Assembly (NCBI RefSeq): GCF_002113885.1
Contig: NW_018405596.1
Location: forward strand, 745,718 to 809,717
Direction of reading: 5' to 3'
DNA from: Mizuhopecten yessoensis
Lineage: Eukaryota
Length of the DNA: 64,000 bases
Below are positions 23,593 to 36,285 of this stretch, one piece after another. Made by a program: the position numbers and the translations under genes. The notes under the pieces were generated by a model that saw only the letters and a list, made by a program, of their open reading frames with translations, did not search any database and was not told where the DNA came from. Each line of letters starts with the position of its first letter. Within the stretch, counting starts at the first letter, position 1.

Positions 23593-25595
23593 GTAAGTGA
23601 TCATATTTATAATATATCATATGTATACCTGGGACCTAATATATGTATTTCAAGGTGTCGTATCGTCTGCTTAATTATATTATACCTGCTTCTTTACGTA
23701 TTTCTCCACTCCCATTCATTCATACTCAACACAGTTTGTAAACCCTATATCACTAGTGTACTAGAACTGTGTATAGGACCTTCAGACATACCGTGTTATA
23801 CCTGTGTATGTTACCTGTGTGCACAGGTAGGTCCCCTTTACCGAGGCTCTGGGGTAGGGTTGTGCCGACCCATCAAGCTAATTAATCGCTTTTATTTAGA
23901 ACGGACGGGACGTTATATAGATGAAGATTCAACAGCCCTTTGGCAATCTGATAAGTTACGCAAACTTTGTATATATATAGAGAGAGAGATCTACAAAGAG
24001 AGTGTAAAGCAAGATTATAGATAAATAAAGGTACATATATACAGAAATCAACATCTCCAGACAGTCTGGCTTGAATTCATTATCCTTCTACAGATGTGTA
24101 CAAATTGATAAGTTATGTCAAGAAAGCATGTTTTTGTTTACTACAAAACATTTAAATCGGTGCTGGAGGCAGAAACTGATAAAACTTATCAGTGATGGGT
24201 TAATACAACTTTTGGAATTGGGGAAGGGAGGAGATGTACAATGTTAGGCAAGTCATCCATGTTCCTTTGAGTGTGTAGCATGTCTATCACGATACACTCT
24301 CGAGAGTGTATGGTCTGTCAAGGTTTCATTTGAGTCCCAGCCGTGCCAGTTGCAATTTTCTGATGTCATTTAAATTTATTCCTGACAAAATTTCTATCTA
24401 ATCCATCTATAGCTCTGGTAGTGTGCCAGGTTGAATATTTATTGTCATCCCTTTCCCCATGGCAGTCCTATATTACATTAAAACTTAGCCATGATGTAAT
24501 CATGAATGTCCAATAAACTGCCTCAATTCGTTTTTGCCACTTATTCAACATTTTTCGTTTAATATTCATAACTTGATGCTAGTGAATCTTCGTGAGATTT
24601 CGACTGGACCGATGTCTGACTCTATTATATAATTTTTCTTAACATTCTTTTGTCATTTTTTAAGTCAAAGACAAAATTGTTGAAGTTCTTATAGCTGAAA
24701 CTTGCTAAACTCATCTATCCAATGTTCCAGTTTTCTGTATTTAGAAATGAAAGTGTTTGTATGTTTTATTTTCATTCCCAAACGGTGAAAACCAGAGATT
24801 TATTCCCCCGAATTCATGCTTTTTGTATGCAATATATTTTCCCAAAGTCACAAGGCACAAGTCCCTTTAGAAAGAAGATAAAAAAAAATCACTGAAAACT
24901 TGCAGAGGGAGGGTGTGTGTTTATGCAGTCAAATATGGTTTACATACTGTACTAGCAAAATAATCCTTTAACATCACAGCCCAGTGGTTGTGACAAACTG
25001 ACCTAGACTATAGTTATAATCTGTGATGTCCTAAATGCCATAGGGCAGTTATTATTAAGTTGGATTTTACACCAGTATACAGGTATATATGGAATTTACC
25101 GTATTCACTCAAAAAAAATCTTCCAGTGTACATGCAACAATATTAGAAATAATATATATATATATATAGTAGATAATAAATAAATAAGTCCTTGCGAAGG
25201 AAAATATAGAATAAAAACATAATGTTTTCAGATCGTCCGCTAGGCCTCTCTGCCTTCTACTGTGGGCTTCTTCAGGCGGATTCTATATATAAGCTTATTA
25301 GCTCTTTTGGATAATCTGGATGTACCGTAATGAGCCTCTTAAAAAGTTGACTGAACTACATTATTAAAAGTTAATTAACTGAGTCACTCTGTAGAGTATT
25401 GGGAAATATGGAATGTACCGTATCCATGCAAACGATAGCCTAGTGTTACATATCTTACAACATGGGTTAGTCAGGATTTGATGGTTGATCTGGAACCTAC
25501 TGTAGTCTCTGTGTGAAGCTGTATTTTATATACCGAATGTATATTGCTAGAGTTTCTTTTTCATGTAATTTATAGCCCATTCCTTTTCATTTTTG

Positions 25596-25686
25596 TTAAT
25601 TCATTCACCCCTGTAGACACATTTGAACTCTTCCAAATCAAAAGTTGGAAAAGTTCATTATGAAATTTCAGGGGTGAATGAGTTAA
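25596..25686 (+). mobile_element. TTAA-flanked 83-bp hairpin MITE, subfamily A
   Basis: ttaa-ttcattcacccctg...caggggtgaatgag-ttaa. Confidence 0.9.
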
Positions 25687-26571
25687 TATACAGTTTTTAA
25701 GGATCCTTTGTTTGAAGTCCCCGCAAGATATATTTTTAATTGCTTATATCTTTCTCTATGGTAAAATAAATGCACAACAAACCCAAGGAGCCTTAGAAAA
25801 ATCTATTCATTTTCAATAAACGTGATCAAATATATCAAAAGTTTCCTCGATTGTGACGATCTAAATGGCCTCCCTGAAATTGAAGACCTTGTCAGAATGG
25901 TATGTTAAATTGCATAATGACTGATGTCTGAGAACTACGGAATCATTGGTCTAAATGTGTCTCGCATAGTAAATATGTGACCTGGGGAAAATGACTGTCC
26001 AATTAGTTTATGAATGTACCTGTGTGTAGTTGTGTAATAAAGTACACAGAGGAAAAGTAATAACTGCAGGCTACTTCGCCTAAACTGATTGAATTTGTAG
26101 TTTACTAAGATAATTTATATATCATATCATTCATTAAATTTGTGCACAACAAGTAACAATTGGTAATTGTGTCTGTAATCTACTTACAGATCTGTCAATG
26201 AATTCTTTAAAATTCAACCTACGCTACCTCTTGTGTGGTATTTTGAAATATGACAACATCGACGGTCTACAATATTAAATATATTCGTATACAGAGGTAT
26301 ATGAACACATTGAAATAAGAACTTAATTTCAAGGATGGAGAAAAATACTTGACACAGTTTATTACTTATTGTAATTTAATTCTTATTTATGGACATTTTT
26401 TCTCTCTCATTTTTTTGTCCAATGTGTTGTGAAGTAGACGAGTCACATCCGAGGCTTTACACCATTACGCTAGCTCATATATACCATAACTCATAGTCCA
26501 CTCCAAAAGCCTAAAAAATGGCATTGAGGAATGATGCTGGTTATGCTGAGATGTAATACTTTGAATTAAAC

Positions 26572-26662
26572 TTAACCCTTTCACCACTTTAGACTATAAT
26601 GGACTCATCCATATCAATGCATGGTAGAGTCTACGAGAGTTACATAGGGGTGAAAGGGTTAA
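26572..26662 (+). mobile_element. TTAA hairpin MITE, subfamily B
   Basis: ttaa-ccctttcacc...ggtgaaaggg-ttaa; 91 bp; aligns without gaps to subfamily A. Confidence 0.85.
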
Positions 26663-26909
26663 AGTGGTACAATTCTGTTATTGTTACTAAATATCTGTGG
26701 TGAGGGGAAATAGTTCAGCCTTCAGCGGGCAAAGTGTCAATCCCAGGGATTTGATCATGATTGCAGGACCTCTTGATTATAAAACACGAAATTTATCCGC
26801 TGGACTTGCAGCATCATTTTTGTAGTATAAATACGTGTATTGTTTTTAACCAAATTAAGAAAAGTTGAAAAAAAGTTCTTACTCTTGCAGACTATGATTG
26901 TCTTTGTAT

Positions 26910-27003
26910 TGTAGGGAAACTGGACTGGTAGCTAAATTAGTAGAGCGTCCGTCTAGAGTTTGGAGGGTTCCGGGATCGAATCCTTGTCTGGCCATTGCAT
27001 TTT
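26910..27003 (+). mobile_element. tRNA-promoter element starting TG (solo-LTR/TRIM-like family)
   Basis: tgtagggaaactggactgg, then A box tagctaaattagtagagc and B-box-like gggatcgaatcc. Confidence 0.65.
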
Positions 27004-27262
27004 AGAGAAATTAACACAAGTTCGCTGAATAATAACTCCACAGTGACTGTACGTAGTAGAAAAAATAAAACTATTTGAAAGGACATCAGATACATTTGAT
27101 CAGCGATATGGAGCGTGGATTACAGATTAAAACCAACAATACAATATCATACAAAATTAACGTTCATTATATTCAATATATTTCAACTGAATATCATGAA
27201 TATAACATAATAAAATAAAATGACTGATCTAACAGGGTGCCTTATTAAGGTAACATGTATAC

Positions 27263-27350
27263 TTACCTCATACAACCCTGAAGACACATTTGAACTCTTC
27301 CAATTCAAAGGTTGGACAAGTTTATATGGAACTTCAGGGGTGAATGAACA
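27263..27350 (+). mobile_element. TTAA hairpin MITE, subfamily A (degenerate ends)
   Basis: ccctgaagacacatttgaactcttccaattcaaaggttgg...caggggtgaatga. Confidence 0.85.
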
Positions 27351-28683
27351 AACTTGTGCTCATTGAAAAGTTCACCAGTTTACCGGTATTTATGAAATTT
27401 CTTAAGTGATTAAAGGAAGTGAAGGAGTGTGAGAATATAATCTGATTTCTCACAGTTTTTGAGCAATTCAGTACATTGCAGTTTTATTTTTACATTAGAA
27501 TAATATGTTAACGACAAAACGAGCATTTGCAATTTTTTGTAACATGTTAATGAATATATCATGCAATGGTATATAGCTGTGTTGGAGGCTATTACGATAA
27601 CTTTTAATCTATACATGTCGGTTTGACGTACTTGAGGGATTGCAGGACCGGTCTTTAGAAATTACAACTCAAGAGTGCAGACTTCCAGGTTTATCAGAGA
27701 GTATTTAAACAAGATGGGAAATGAATGAGACGAGCGTTTTTCGGTGTTAATAAGCATGCACCTGTGTTTAACATGTTTGAAGTCCCGTTTAAGTAAAAAA
27801 GACAAACTTCGACCTTTTCTTTCAGAGGAATGTTGACACTGAGCTGTACGGCATGTTCCAATTGAAAATAGTAAATTTCCCCAGCAGATTTCACAGCAGT
27901 ATGACGTCTGATTAAATTTCTCTAACAAATTCCAGATATATATGTAATAAATATTTACTCTTTATTAAATTTAATGGGGTTTAAGCGTCTCTTAGGTTGT
28001 ATATGTTTTTTGTGTAAAATTTGTTACATAAAACTGCTGAGAGTTATCAAGCGCAGAAAGTTTTATAAGGGTGTACCTCAGCTGCAAAAAAAATCAACTG
28101 ATAAGAGTATTTGACTGCTTAAGTCTATATAACTATTGAGGGCAGATGGCTCTTGTAACCGATTCAATAGAATATGATTTGTTAACTGTTTCTATCAACA
28201 CATTTGAGGGGTAAAATTTTGGCAGGAATTTTCATTTCTATCTCGTGTTGCTTCTAAAATGCTGATATGAAAGAATATAAAAATAAATTTTGATATGGTT
28301 AATAAATTCTGGGAGAATTAAAACATGATGTGAAATAAATGTGTAAATTTATTGTGTACTACCATATTGAAAAAAATAATAACCCAACAGGGAAAGTGTC
28401 ATACTGTATTTATGAGTCTATAATTGCACTAGCTCTTGCTGTGTATGACCATTGATAAGCCCATGTCTAATAGTAAGCCGTCCTACTTATGTGAAACTAT
28501 TCACATTCATGTGCTTATATTTTGTGGATATCAGAAACTTGCTTTTTTGGTTGGGACATGAAAGTTGTTCCAAAGATCTAACTTTCAACATGAAAATAAT
28601 TCTTGTGCGAGATGTTTTACCTTTGCACTGCATTGCATGCATGGTCACGTAATTTTGAAGAACATAATAGAATCTTGGATTTA

Positions 28684-28774
28684 TTAACCCATTCACCCCT
28701 GAAATTTCTGAATGAACTATTCCAACCTTTGAATTGGATGAGTTCAAATGTGTCTTCAGGGGTGAATGAGTTAA
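28684..28774 (-). mobile_element. TTAA hairpin MITE, subfamily A
   Basis: Full length with both TTAA flanks. Confidence 0.92.
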
Positions 28775-29998
28775 GCAGATTTTACACTTACATTGTATGT
28801 TATTTCCGATACCAAACCCTTTCTGTATTAACAGGTTCAAATAAGGGGATTTGGATGAGGGTTAAATGGTTACCATGGGGTTATAATTAATCTTCGCAGT
28901 AATTAAGTATGCAAGGTCATGATGAAGCTTTATCGTAGGTAAATTAAGTTTTTATAAGCAGGTCAATTTTAATTATTAATCAAGTTTAATTCTACCATAG
29001 AAATGAAAATTTATTTCTCTTTAAGCTGACTTAATAACACCTTACTTTGTAAATAATCAGTGTGCTTAAGGTCAAATACAGTCATGTTAATTATGTAAAG
29101 TGCAAATTTTAAAATGGAAAGAGGAAGTCTAAAATAAAAGGAAAGGACAGGAAAAGGAAGTTAAATGTTGAGAACATGAGATTTAGAGAAGCGCGAAGGT
29201 TTTGAGACCTTCAGGGAAAGTAAACCCATAGTAAAAGGTAAAGTCTTGAGAATACAGGCAGCTTTTAACTTTGGTCTTGGTTTTCCCTCGGAGACAGGTA
29301 TAACTTACCTGGTAATGGTTCTTTGCAGACAGGTATGACTTAACAGATAATATAGTTTTCTGACAGAGACAGCTGTTTGATCAAAAGTTGAGTTACACCT
29401 TTAACTTTTGGACAATAACTGTTTGTACATGTATGTAACACAGATAAACATTGTCTGTTGGGAAGTGAACAACTATGCAAGCCTTTGTCCCCTTTATTTA
29501 AACTGTTGAGCGACAGTTGCTGTCTGTAAGCCAAAGTAAAGCTAGCAAATTCCATAGAGGTGCAGTCATACATTGATCTGGGGATAGTTTTGGATGGTTG
29601 TCATACAGACAGTAGCTGAAAGATTTAGGCAGCACAGCAACTCTATAAGCCCTTCAAAACCAATTTATGTTATATCTATCTGGATTTTTTTATTTTTTTT
29701 TGGTTTTAGCAACCTATGTTTATTATCTGTTTTCTAAGGCTAATGGTTAATATATATACATAAGAATTAACCTTCATTTTGACGGCGTATACAGTAGTAT
29801 GAACGCAGTTTAAAACGAACATATTCTATAGTGCGCGTTAGGAAGAGATGTTAATATAATTGTATAAACAGGGGTGAAAACATTAAGGTGGTTGTGTAAC
29901 CCAAAATTGAATGATCTCTTGGGTTAAACAAGCGGCATGTCTCCCTCTAAATCTGTCAATAACTGTTGCCTTAATTGCACTCCCCTGGTCCATGGATC

Positions 29999-30089
29999 TT
30001 AATTCATTCACATCTATATATCTAAACTAGACTTTCCCAGTCTTTGATTTGGTAAGGTTTAAATGTGACTTTAGGGGTGCATGGGTTAA
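29999..30089 (-). mobile_element. TTAA hairpin MITE, subfamily C
   Basis: Internal cccagtctttgatttggtaaggtttaaatgtgactttaggggtg; 91 bp. Confidence 0.85.
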
Positions 30090-31808
30090 GGTTTAGCAAA
30101 GCGTCTGTTTTCACCTGATGCTGGCCATGGTGATGCAAGGGGGTTCAGGCTATTAGTTTTGCTGCCTGCTTCAGCGAGGCCTGCATGATGTGGGGTATCA
30201 CATAAGGACTGCCTGTCTGAACCAGTCAGGGGGGGGGGATTAATTGCAAGTGTACAGCCTTATCTACCTATGTGCTAAGTCTGTGGAGAGACAAACTTCA
30301 ACTTCATTTACATGCTTGATTAATTTACTAGGTGTGTTTTATGGTAGATTTTCTAGGCTCTATTGTCTTATCAGAGATTTAGGAGTAAATGATGGGAAAA
30401 TGCTGGTTTAAGGATCCATGTGCCATGTATCGGAGACTTAATCCTAGTCCTGACTTTGTAGGGGAAGAAAGTGTTTTAAGGATGCATGTCTTTTTTTTTT
30501 TTTTTTTTTTAAAGAGCCTCTAAAACCTTAACAATAGGGAGGTGTTGTATTTTATTCAAAATATAATATCGATCAAATTTTTATTATGAACAAGTAACAT
30601 ATACATAAGATTGAATCTTGATTGGCTCATTTAAGGGAGCAATATGTCTGTCTCACGGAAATATCTTCAGAATATATATCTGTTGAATGCAACCATGTGG
30701 AAGTCCAGTAGCGTCAATTGACAAATTAATCTGTCTTTAGATTAGGATAATCTTCATCTGTCCAATCTGTTTTAAAGACGGGATAGACTTAAACCCATTT
30801 ATGGGCTTATCATTGGTAAATAGGGGGTAGATAGGGTAAATTTCATCTATCTTAGTTGTGGGTCATGTTAAATGTTATTTCTGTATTTGAAATGAGAAAA
30901 GAGTGGTTAACTATTAAACAATTATGAACACTTCAGGCTTTTTCGGTCCTTCCTTAATATTCATTTGAAATTTTAAATGTTTTAGAAAATATCAGATACA
31001 CGCCCTTAAAGCGCCAAGCATTTCATTTTATGACATAGGTACTTTCTAGTTTCGTGTGATGGTTATAAAAAAAATATTTCTTCTGCTTCTCATTTAGTGT
31101 AGAGTTTCATTGTCTAGAAATTACCAGCAGGCATTCGCTAGGTATACTCACCTCTATAAAAACAGTGTCCTGGATTTGTTAAGGTTTCATTTGAAGCAAT
31201 ATATGTTTCAGTAAGTCATGACCTGTCCGTATAAATTTATACAATATACATCCCTAAGCAAATCTTTATAGATTCCTCGGCCGATTAATCTAGGATTTTA
31301 CTCGACCAATAGGTTTAGGTGGGGTTTAACATTGTTATAGACTTACAGTACATAGTCAAGGAGATTATAGCAGGTCTTAGTTATTACAGAGAGAGCAATG
31401 GACCAAAAGAAGTCAAAAGTTAGCCAACACTCTTATATATATATACATATTATCTATATCTACCGAGCACACTGTACATCAATTTAAATGAATTTGTGTT
31501 AATTTACATACATTATATACCGGAGGCTCCTGCCTGTACATACAGCCCTATAATTAGCATGTTTTATGCATGAGTGCAGCGTTTCTTGCAGGCTTTTGTC
31601 GACGGCAAAAATTACATGTATTTGCTTCAAGGATTAAAGCCTAACATTTAATGCACCATGCAATGCATTCTCAATTTACTACAATGTTGAACAATCTTGT
31701 TATTTTGTATAAATAAAAAGTTAATGCACCGTGCAGTGTAAGCTTCATTTATAACAATGTTGTACATTCTCGTTACTTTGTATAAACAATGTCGCAATGT
31801 TTACGTCA

Positions 31809-31858
31809 AAGCCCAGGTAAACACAGGTCATCGAAGCCCAGGTAAACACAGGTCATCG
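31809..31858. repeat. Exact 25-bp tandem duplication
   Basis: aagcccaggtaaacacaggtcatcg x2; an older ~73-bp duplication lies just upstream (~31648-31786). Confidence 0.85.
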
Positions 31859-32317
31859 TTACATGCACATGCACTGCATGCTGTGTTCGTTTGTTTTGCT
31901 ATTTTCTTATCCCTTTGATCACTGCTTGTGAAACATGCATACTTTAGGATCGTAAAAAAGGTATATAAAAATCAGTAACCGGTTGTTTAGATCGAGGGAA
32001 ATCGTAACATCCTAATTCAGAAATGATAGCCGTACATGTATGTTTAATCCCCCTTGCAAAAACAGAACAATGTTACATTTAAAAGGAGTTTTTGGTGTTC
32101 GTGACAAAACATTGGAGATAAACAAGTTGTACAAGTATTCAATTATCTGTTAACTTTCATGACCAAATAAGGACCTTTCTCCAGATACCTAAAATGTTCT
32201 TAAGGTAGGGAGCTCGAGTCCCTGAGTGCTTGTGTTATTACTATGTCTTGCAACTACAAAAAATGACAAAATAAATTGTAGAGGTTTCCTGTAATTTCAA
32301 ACTCACACTGTTGAGGT

Positions 32318-32408
32318 TTAACTCATCTACCCTTGAAGACACAATTGAACTCTTCCAATTCAAAGGTTGGAATAGTTCACTATAAAATTTCAGGGGTGAA
32401 TGAGTTAA
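32318..32408 (+). mobile_element. TTAA hairpin MITE, subfamily A
   Basis: Full length with TTAA on both sides. Confidence 0.92.
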
Positions 32409-32716
32409 GTAGCAGAGTCTCCATATTTTGGAAGGGAACTCTCAATGTTTTATCCATATTTTTAAATGCAAACTTTACCAGTACAGTTGTGTTTCTGTGC
32501 TAAGCACTGACTGTTTTCGCAAACATTTTCATCGGTTCAAAAAAGACGGCAATAGAAACAACACTTATTGGCAGAATGCATAGCCTAACCATTGATAAAA
32601 CTTGCTAACATGAAGAATTGAAGATCCTTAAAAAACATGACAATTATTGACCAGTCAGAGCTGTCTGCGCAGAAGTGATTCTGTTCTGTTTAAACATATA
32701 TACAGACCAGCATTAA

Positions 32717-32807
32717 CTAACTCATTCACCCCTGAGATTTTATAATGAACTATTGCAACCGTTGAATTGGGAGAGTTCAAATGAGTGTTCAGGGGTGAAT
32801 GAGTTAA
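32717..32807 (-). mobile_element. TTAA hairpin MITE, subfamily A
   Basis: Full length. Confidence 0.9.
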
Positions 32808-32918
32808 AACAACGTAAGGAATTAACATGAAATATTTGGCTTTCTGGTTGACTATTTTTTCCCTATTTCTTCTTTATTGTAAAATATGAGAGGGTGACGA
32901 GTATTGGGGGAACTTAAT

Positions 32919-33009
32919 TTAACTCATTCACCACTGAATCTTTATAATGCACTAATCCAACCTACGAATTGGAAGAGTTCAAATGTGTCTTCAGAGGTGA
33001 ATGAGTTAA
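32919..33009 (-). mobile_element. TTAA hairpin MITE, subfamily A
   Basis: Full length with TTAA on both sides. Confidence 0.9.
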
Positions 33010-34688
33010 AGAAGGAAGACACAATTGATTTAGTGTTTTATCTTGAAATAAATAAGTATGAATACAATGAAATTTTATTTCAAAATATTTCCAAGACTAA
33101 ATTATTTAGCCTACACATACATTACTTATTAGATATGAACTCATTTGTTGATGTCTAAGTAGGGATCTTAGGAAGATGTCTCATCGCTATGCGACGCCTC
33201 GAAATAAGCAGTAAATAAGCAATATGTCTGTGCGAATATGTTGAATCATTACAAAGCCCTAATTGACTCCGGGTCAAGGGGATGCTTGCAACTAACCTGA
33301 AAAAAGTGTGGGAAAGGAAGAGGGCCCTTGAACAAATTAAGATAGCGGTTGATACCTGGACACACTAGGTACTTGTAGTACTAGTGGGATAACAACATGC
33401 CCAAACATCACTTAATTGGCCACATTTGTACTACTGTATTACCGCACAGTGGACCCAGTAGGTCCATGTGTAATTGAGAAATTTTCTCTCAAGTGGGCAA
33501 CCGGATCAAGAATGTTCAAGTACATTTTGACTTCACATTCTTAAAATTTCTGTTTCTAGACCTACGTTGCTGTTCATTGTGACAGAATGATTACCAGTAT
33601 GAATAAAAAATATAAAGCAATACAGTAATTGAAGAGACGCTAAAACAAAAGAAAAGCCAACATAATTGCCTAGTCAGTGAAAAAACCTAAAAATTATAAC
33701 ATCAAATTAATTGGTTACTTTTCTTGAAAAGAAACGAAATAAATATTCAGTGTGGGTATCTAGTGCAATGCATTGAAAATTCAAGGGTGAATGAGTTCAA
33801 GTTGGTTCACCAATAAATATTTGGGTCCAATTTGTTCCAAGTGTTGTCAGTTTAGTTAATCATTAAGGAATCATTTTTAAATGTGATTTTTGATAAGTTT
33901 CTATAACAAATTACATATATTTTGATGTCTTCTGTCTAAAAGATAGCAGTGTGAATTCCTATACAGTAAATTTTAGTTTTGAACTTCATTATTTTGTACA
34001 TAAACTATATAGGAAGTTTGCGATAAGTTATCATTAAGTTGAGCAAACTCTTAAAAAGAGTATTACATGCATTTGTCACTTGTTTGTACACGATATATTC
34101 ATCTTCTCTTTCTGCATATATTGTCGCAAAAATAACAGGATAATGTTAATTACACATACATTTGGCGCTATGTAATTTATAACTCAAGTACACTATAGTT
34201 CTAGTGGTAATCCTTTGTTGATTTTTTAAATTCTGAAATAGTTGTTTTAAGCCCTTTTCCCTCATTGGTTATACATGTTATTAGGGCTGTAATGGTAGGA
34301 TAAAGGATGTCTTTTTAGTTTTATGACCACACATATCACTCAACCTAATGGAGGCAGCATTAGCTTATGTAATAGTTAATTGCTGTGCAGAATGGGCAGG
34401 GCTAGTTTAGAGCTGCTAACAGTCTCTGACAGTGTTGTCTGCATTGAAGCTGGAGAAATTACGGTGTAGATATTGCCTATCAATCAAATGCTACACATGT
34501 TGTCCAACTCGGACACAAAATATTAATCAAAATTGCATACTTTCTGGTATCTTTTTCCATCTTTTCTGTCGGAATCCAAATTGCTTCCTTGTGTTACTGT
34601 CATAAAATATTATAGATACATTTTGATCATTGTGGCATTCAAAGCGTTCAGAATTATTGACCGTGTGTCCCAGCAACAACAAATGCTA

Positions 34689-34779
34689 TTAACTCATTTA
34701 CCCCTGAAGACACATTTGAACTCTTCCAGATCAAAGGTTGGAATAGTTCATTATGAAATTTCAGTGGTGAATGAGTTAT
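34689..34779 (+). mobile_element. TTAA hairpin MITE, subfamily A
   Basis: Full length. Confidence 0.9.
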
Positions 34780-35469
34780 TAGTCTTTGATTTTTCTCCCA
34801 GATAAGAAAAGAACTGTTGCTGTTATAGACAGAAATGGAACAAAAGATATGATGCAAGTTAACATATAAATAAATGACAGATCGTATCATGACTTGGAAA
34901 TCTCATTGTGTCGGGACTGAAGTATCAATCTAATTATTGTCAATTTTGTATGATTTTGAACTACAAACCACAAATGACTGGAACTAGATCACATACGTTA
35001 CGTACAGTGTTTGAATATATGGCCGTTTATAAATATAGAATATCAGAGTTTTCCAGATTTTTGAAATGCCTGTTATAGAAAATATTATCAGACTTTTGAT
35101 GATAGACTGTTCAGGTTTTGAAATCATCGAAAGTTGATCTTTATGTTAAAGTAAGCTCAGCTTGTCGGTCAATTTTAAAAAATAACTTCAGAAAAGGCAC
35201 TCATGTCTTTGGTAGATTTTTAAAATTATATTTAACCCCAACTGATTTCAGCATATGTAAGAAAGCAACTAAAACCCCTCTTTTGGAAGTCAAGGTAATT
35301 TCTGCTAATTGATAATATTTTGTCTTAATTTCATCTTCAACTTTGTGTGAGCTTGTTGGAAATCAATGAGTATTTTCTGCTAATTGATAATATTTCGTCT
35401 TTATTTCTAATTGCATGAACAGCATATGCATGTATGTTGTAATATTTTACAATGTGTATGTTGTAGTAT

Positions 35470-36285
35470 TTTGTCTTAATTTCTAATTGAACGACGTGTA
35501 TGTGTGTAATATTTGTCTTAATTTCTAATTGAACGACGTGTATGTGTGTAATATTTGTCTTAATTTCTAATTGAACGACGTGTATGTGTGTAATATTTGT
35601 CTTAATTTCTAATTGAACGACGTGTATGTGTGTAATATTTGTCTTAATTTCTAATTGAACGACGTGTATGTGTGTAATATTTGTCTTAATTTCTAATTGA
35701 ACGACGTGTATGTGTGTAATATTTGTCTTAATTTCTAATTGAACGACGTGTATGTGTGTAATATTTGTCTTAATTTCTAATTGAACGACGTGTATGTGTG
35801 TAATATTTGTCTTAATTTCTAATTGAACGACGTGTATGTGTGTAATATTTGTCTTAATTTCTAATTGAACGACGTGTATGTGTGTAATATTTGTCTTAAT
35901 TTCTAATTGAACGACGTGTATGTGTGTAATATTTGTCTTAATTTCTAATTGAACGACGTGTATGTGTGTAATATTTGTCTTAATTTCTAATTGAACGACG
36001 TGTATGTGTGTAATATTTGTCTTAATTTCTAATTGAACGACGTGTATGTGTGTAATATTTGTCTTAATTTCTAATTGAACGACGTGTATGTGTGTAATAT
36101 TTGTCTTAATTTCTAATTGAACGACGTGTATGTGTGTAATATTTGTCTTAATTTCTAATTGAACGACGTGTATGTGTGTAATATTTGTCTTAATTTCTAA
36201 TTGAACGACGTGTATGTGTGTAATATTTGTCTCAATTTCTAATTGAACGATGTGTACGTTGTAATGTTTTGTCTTAATTTCGTAC
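35470..36285. repeat. 42-bp minisatellite (tttgtcttaatttctaattgaacgacgtgtatgtgtgtaata), ~19 nearly identical copies
   Basis: Period 42; diverged related units extend left to ~35305; source of the spurious 333-aa ORF. Confidence 0.97.
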
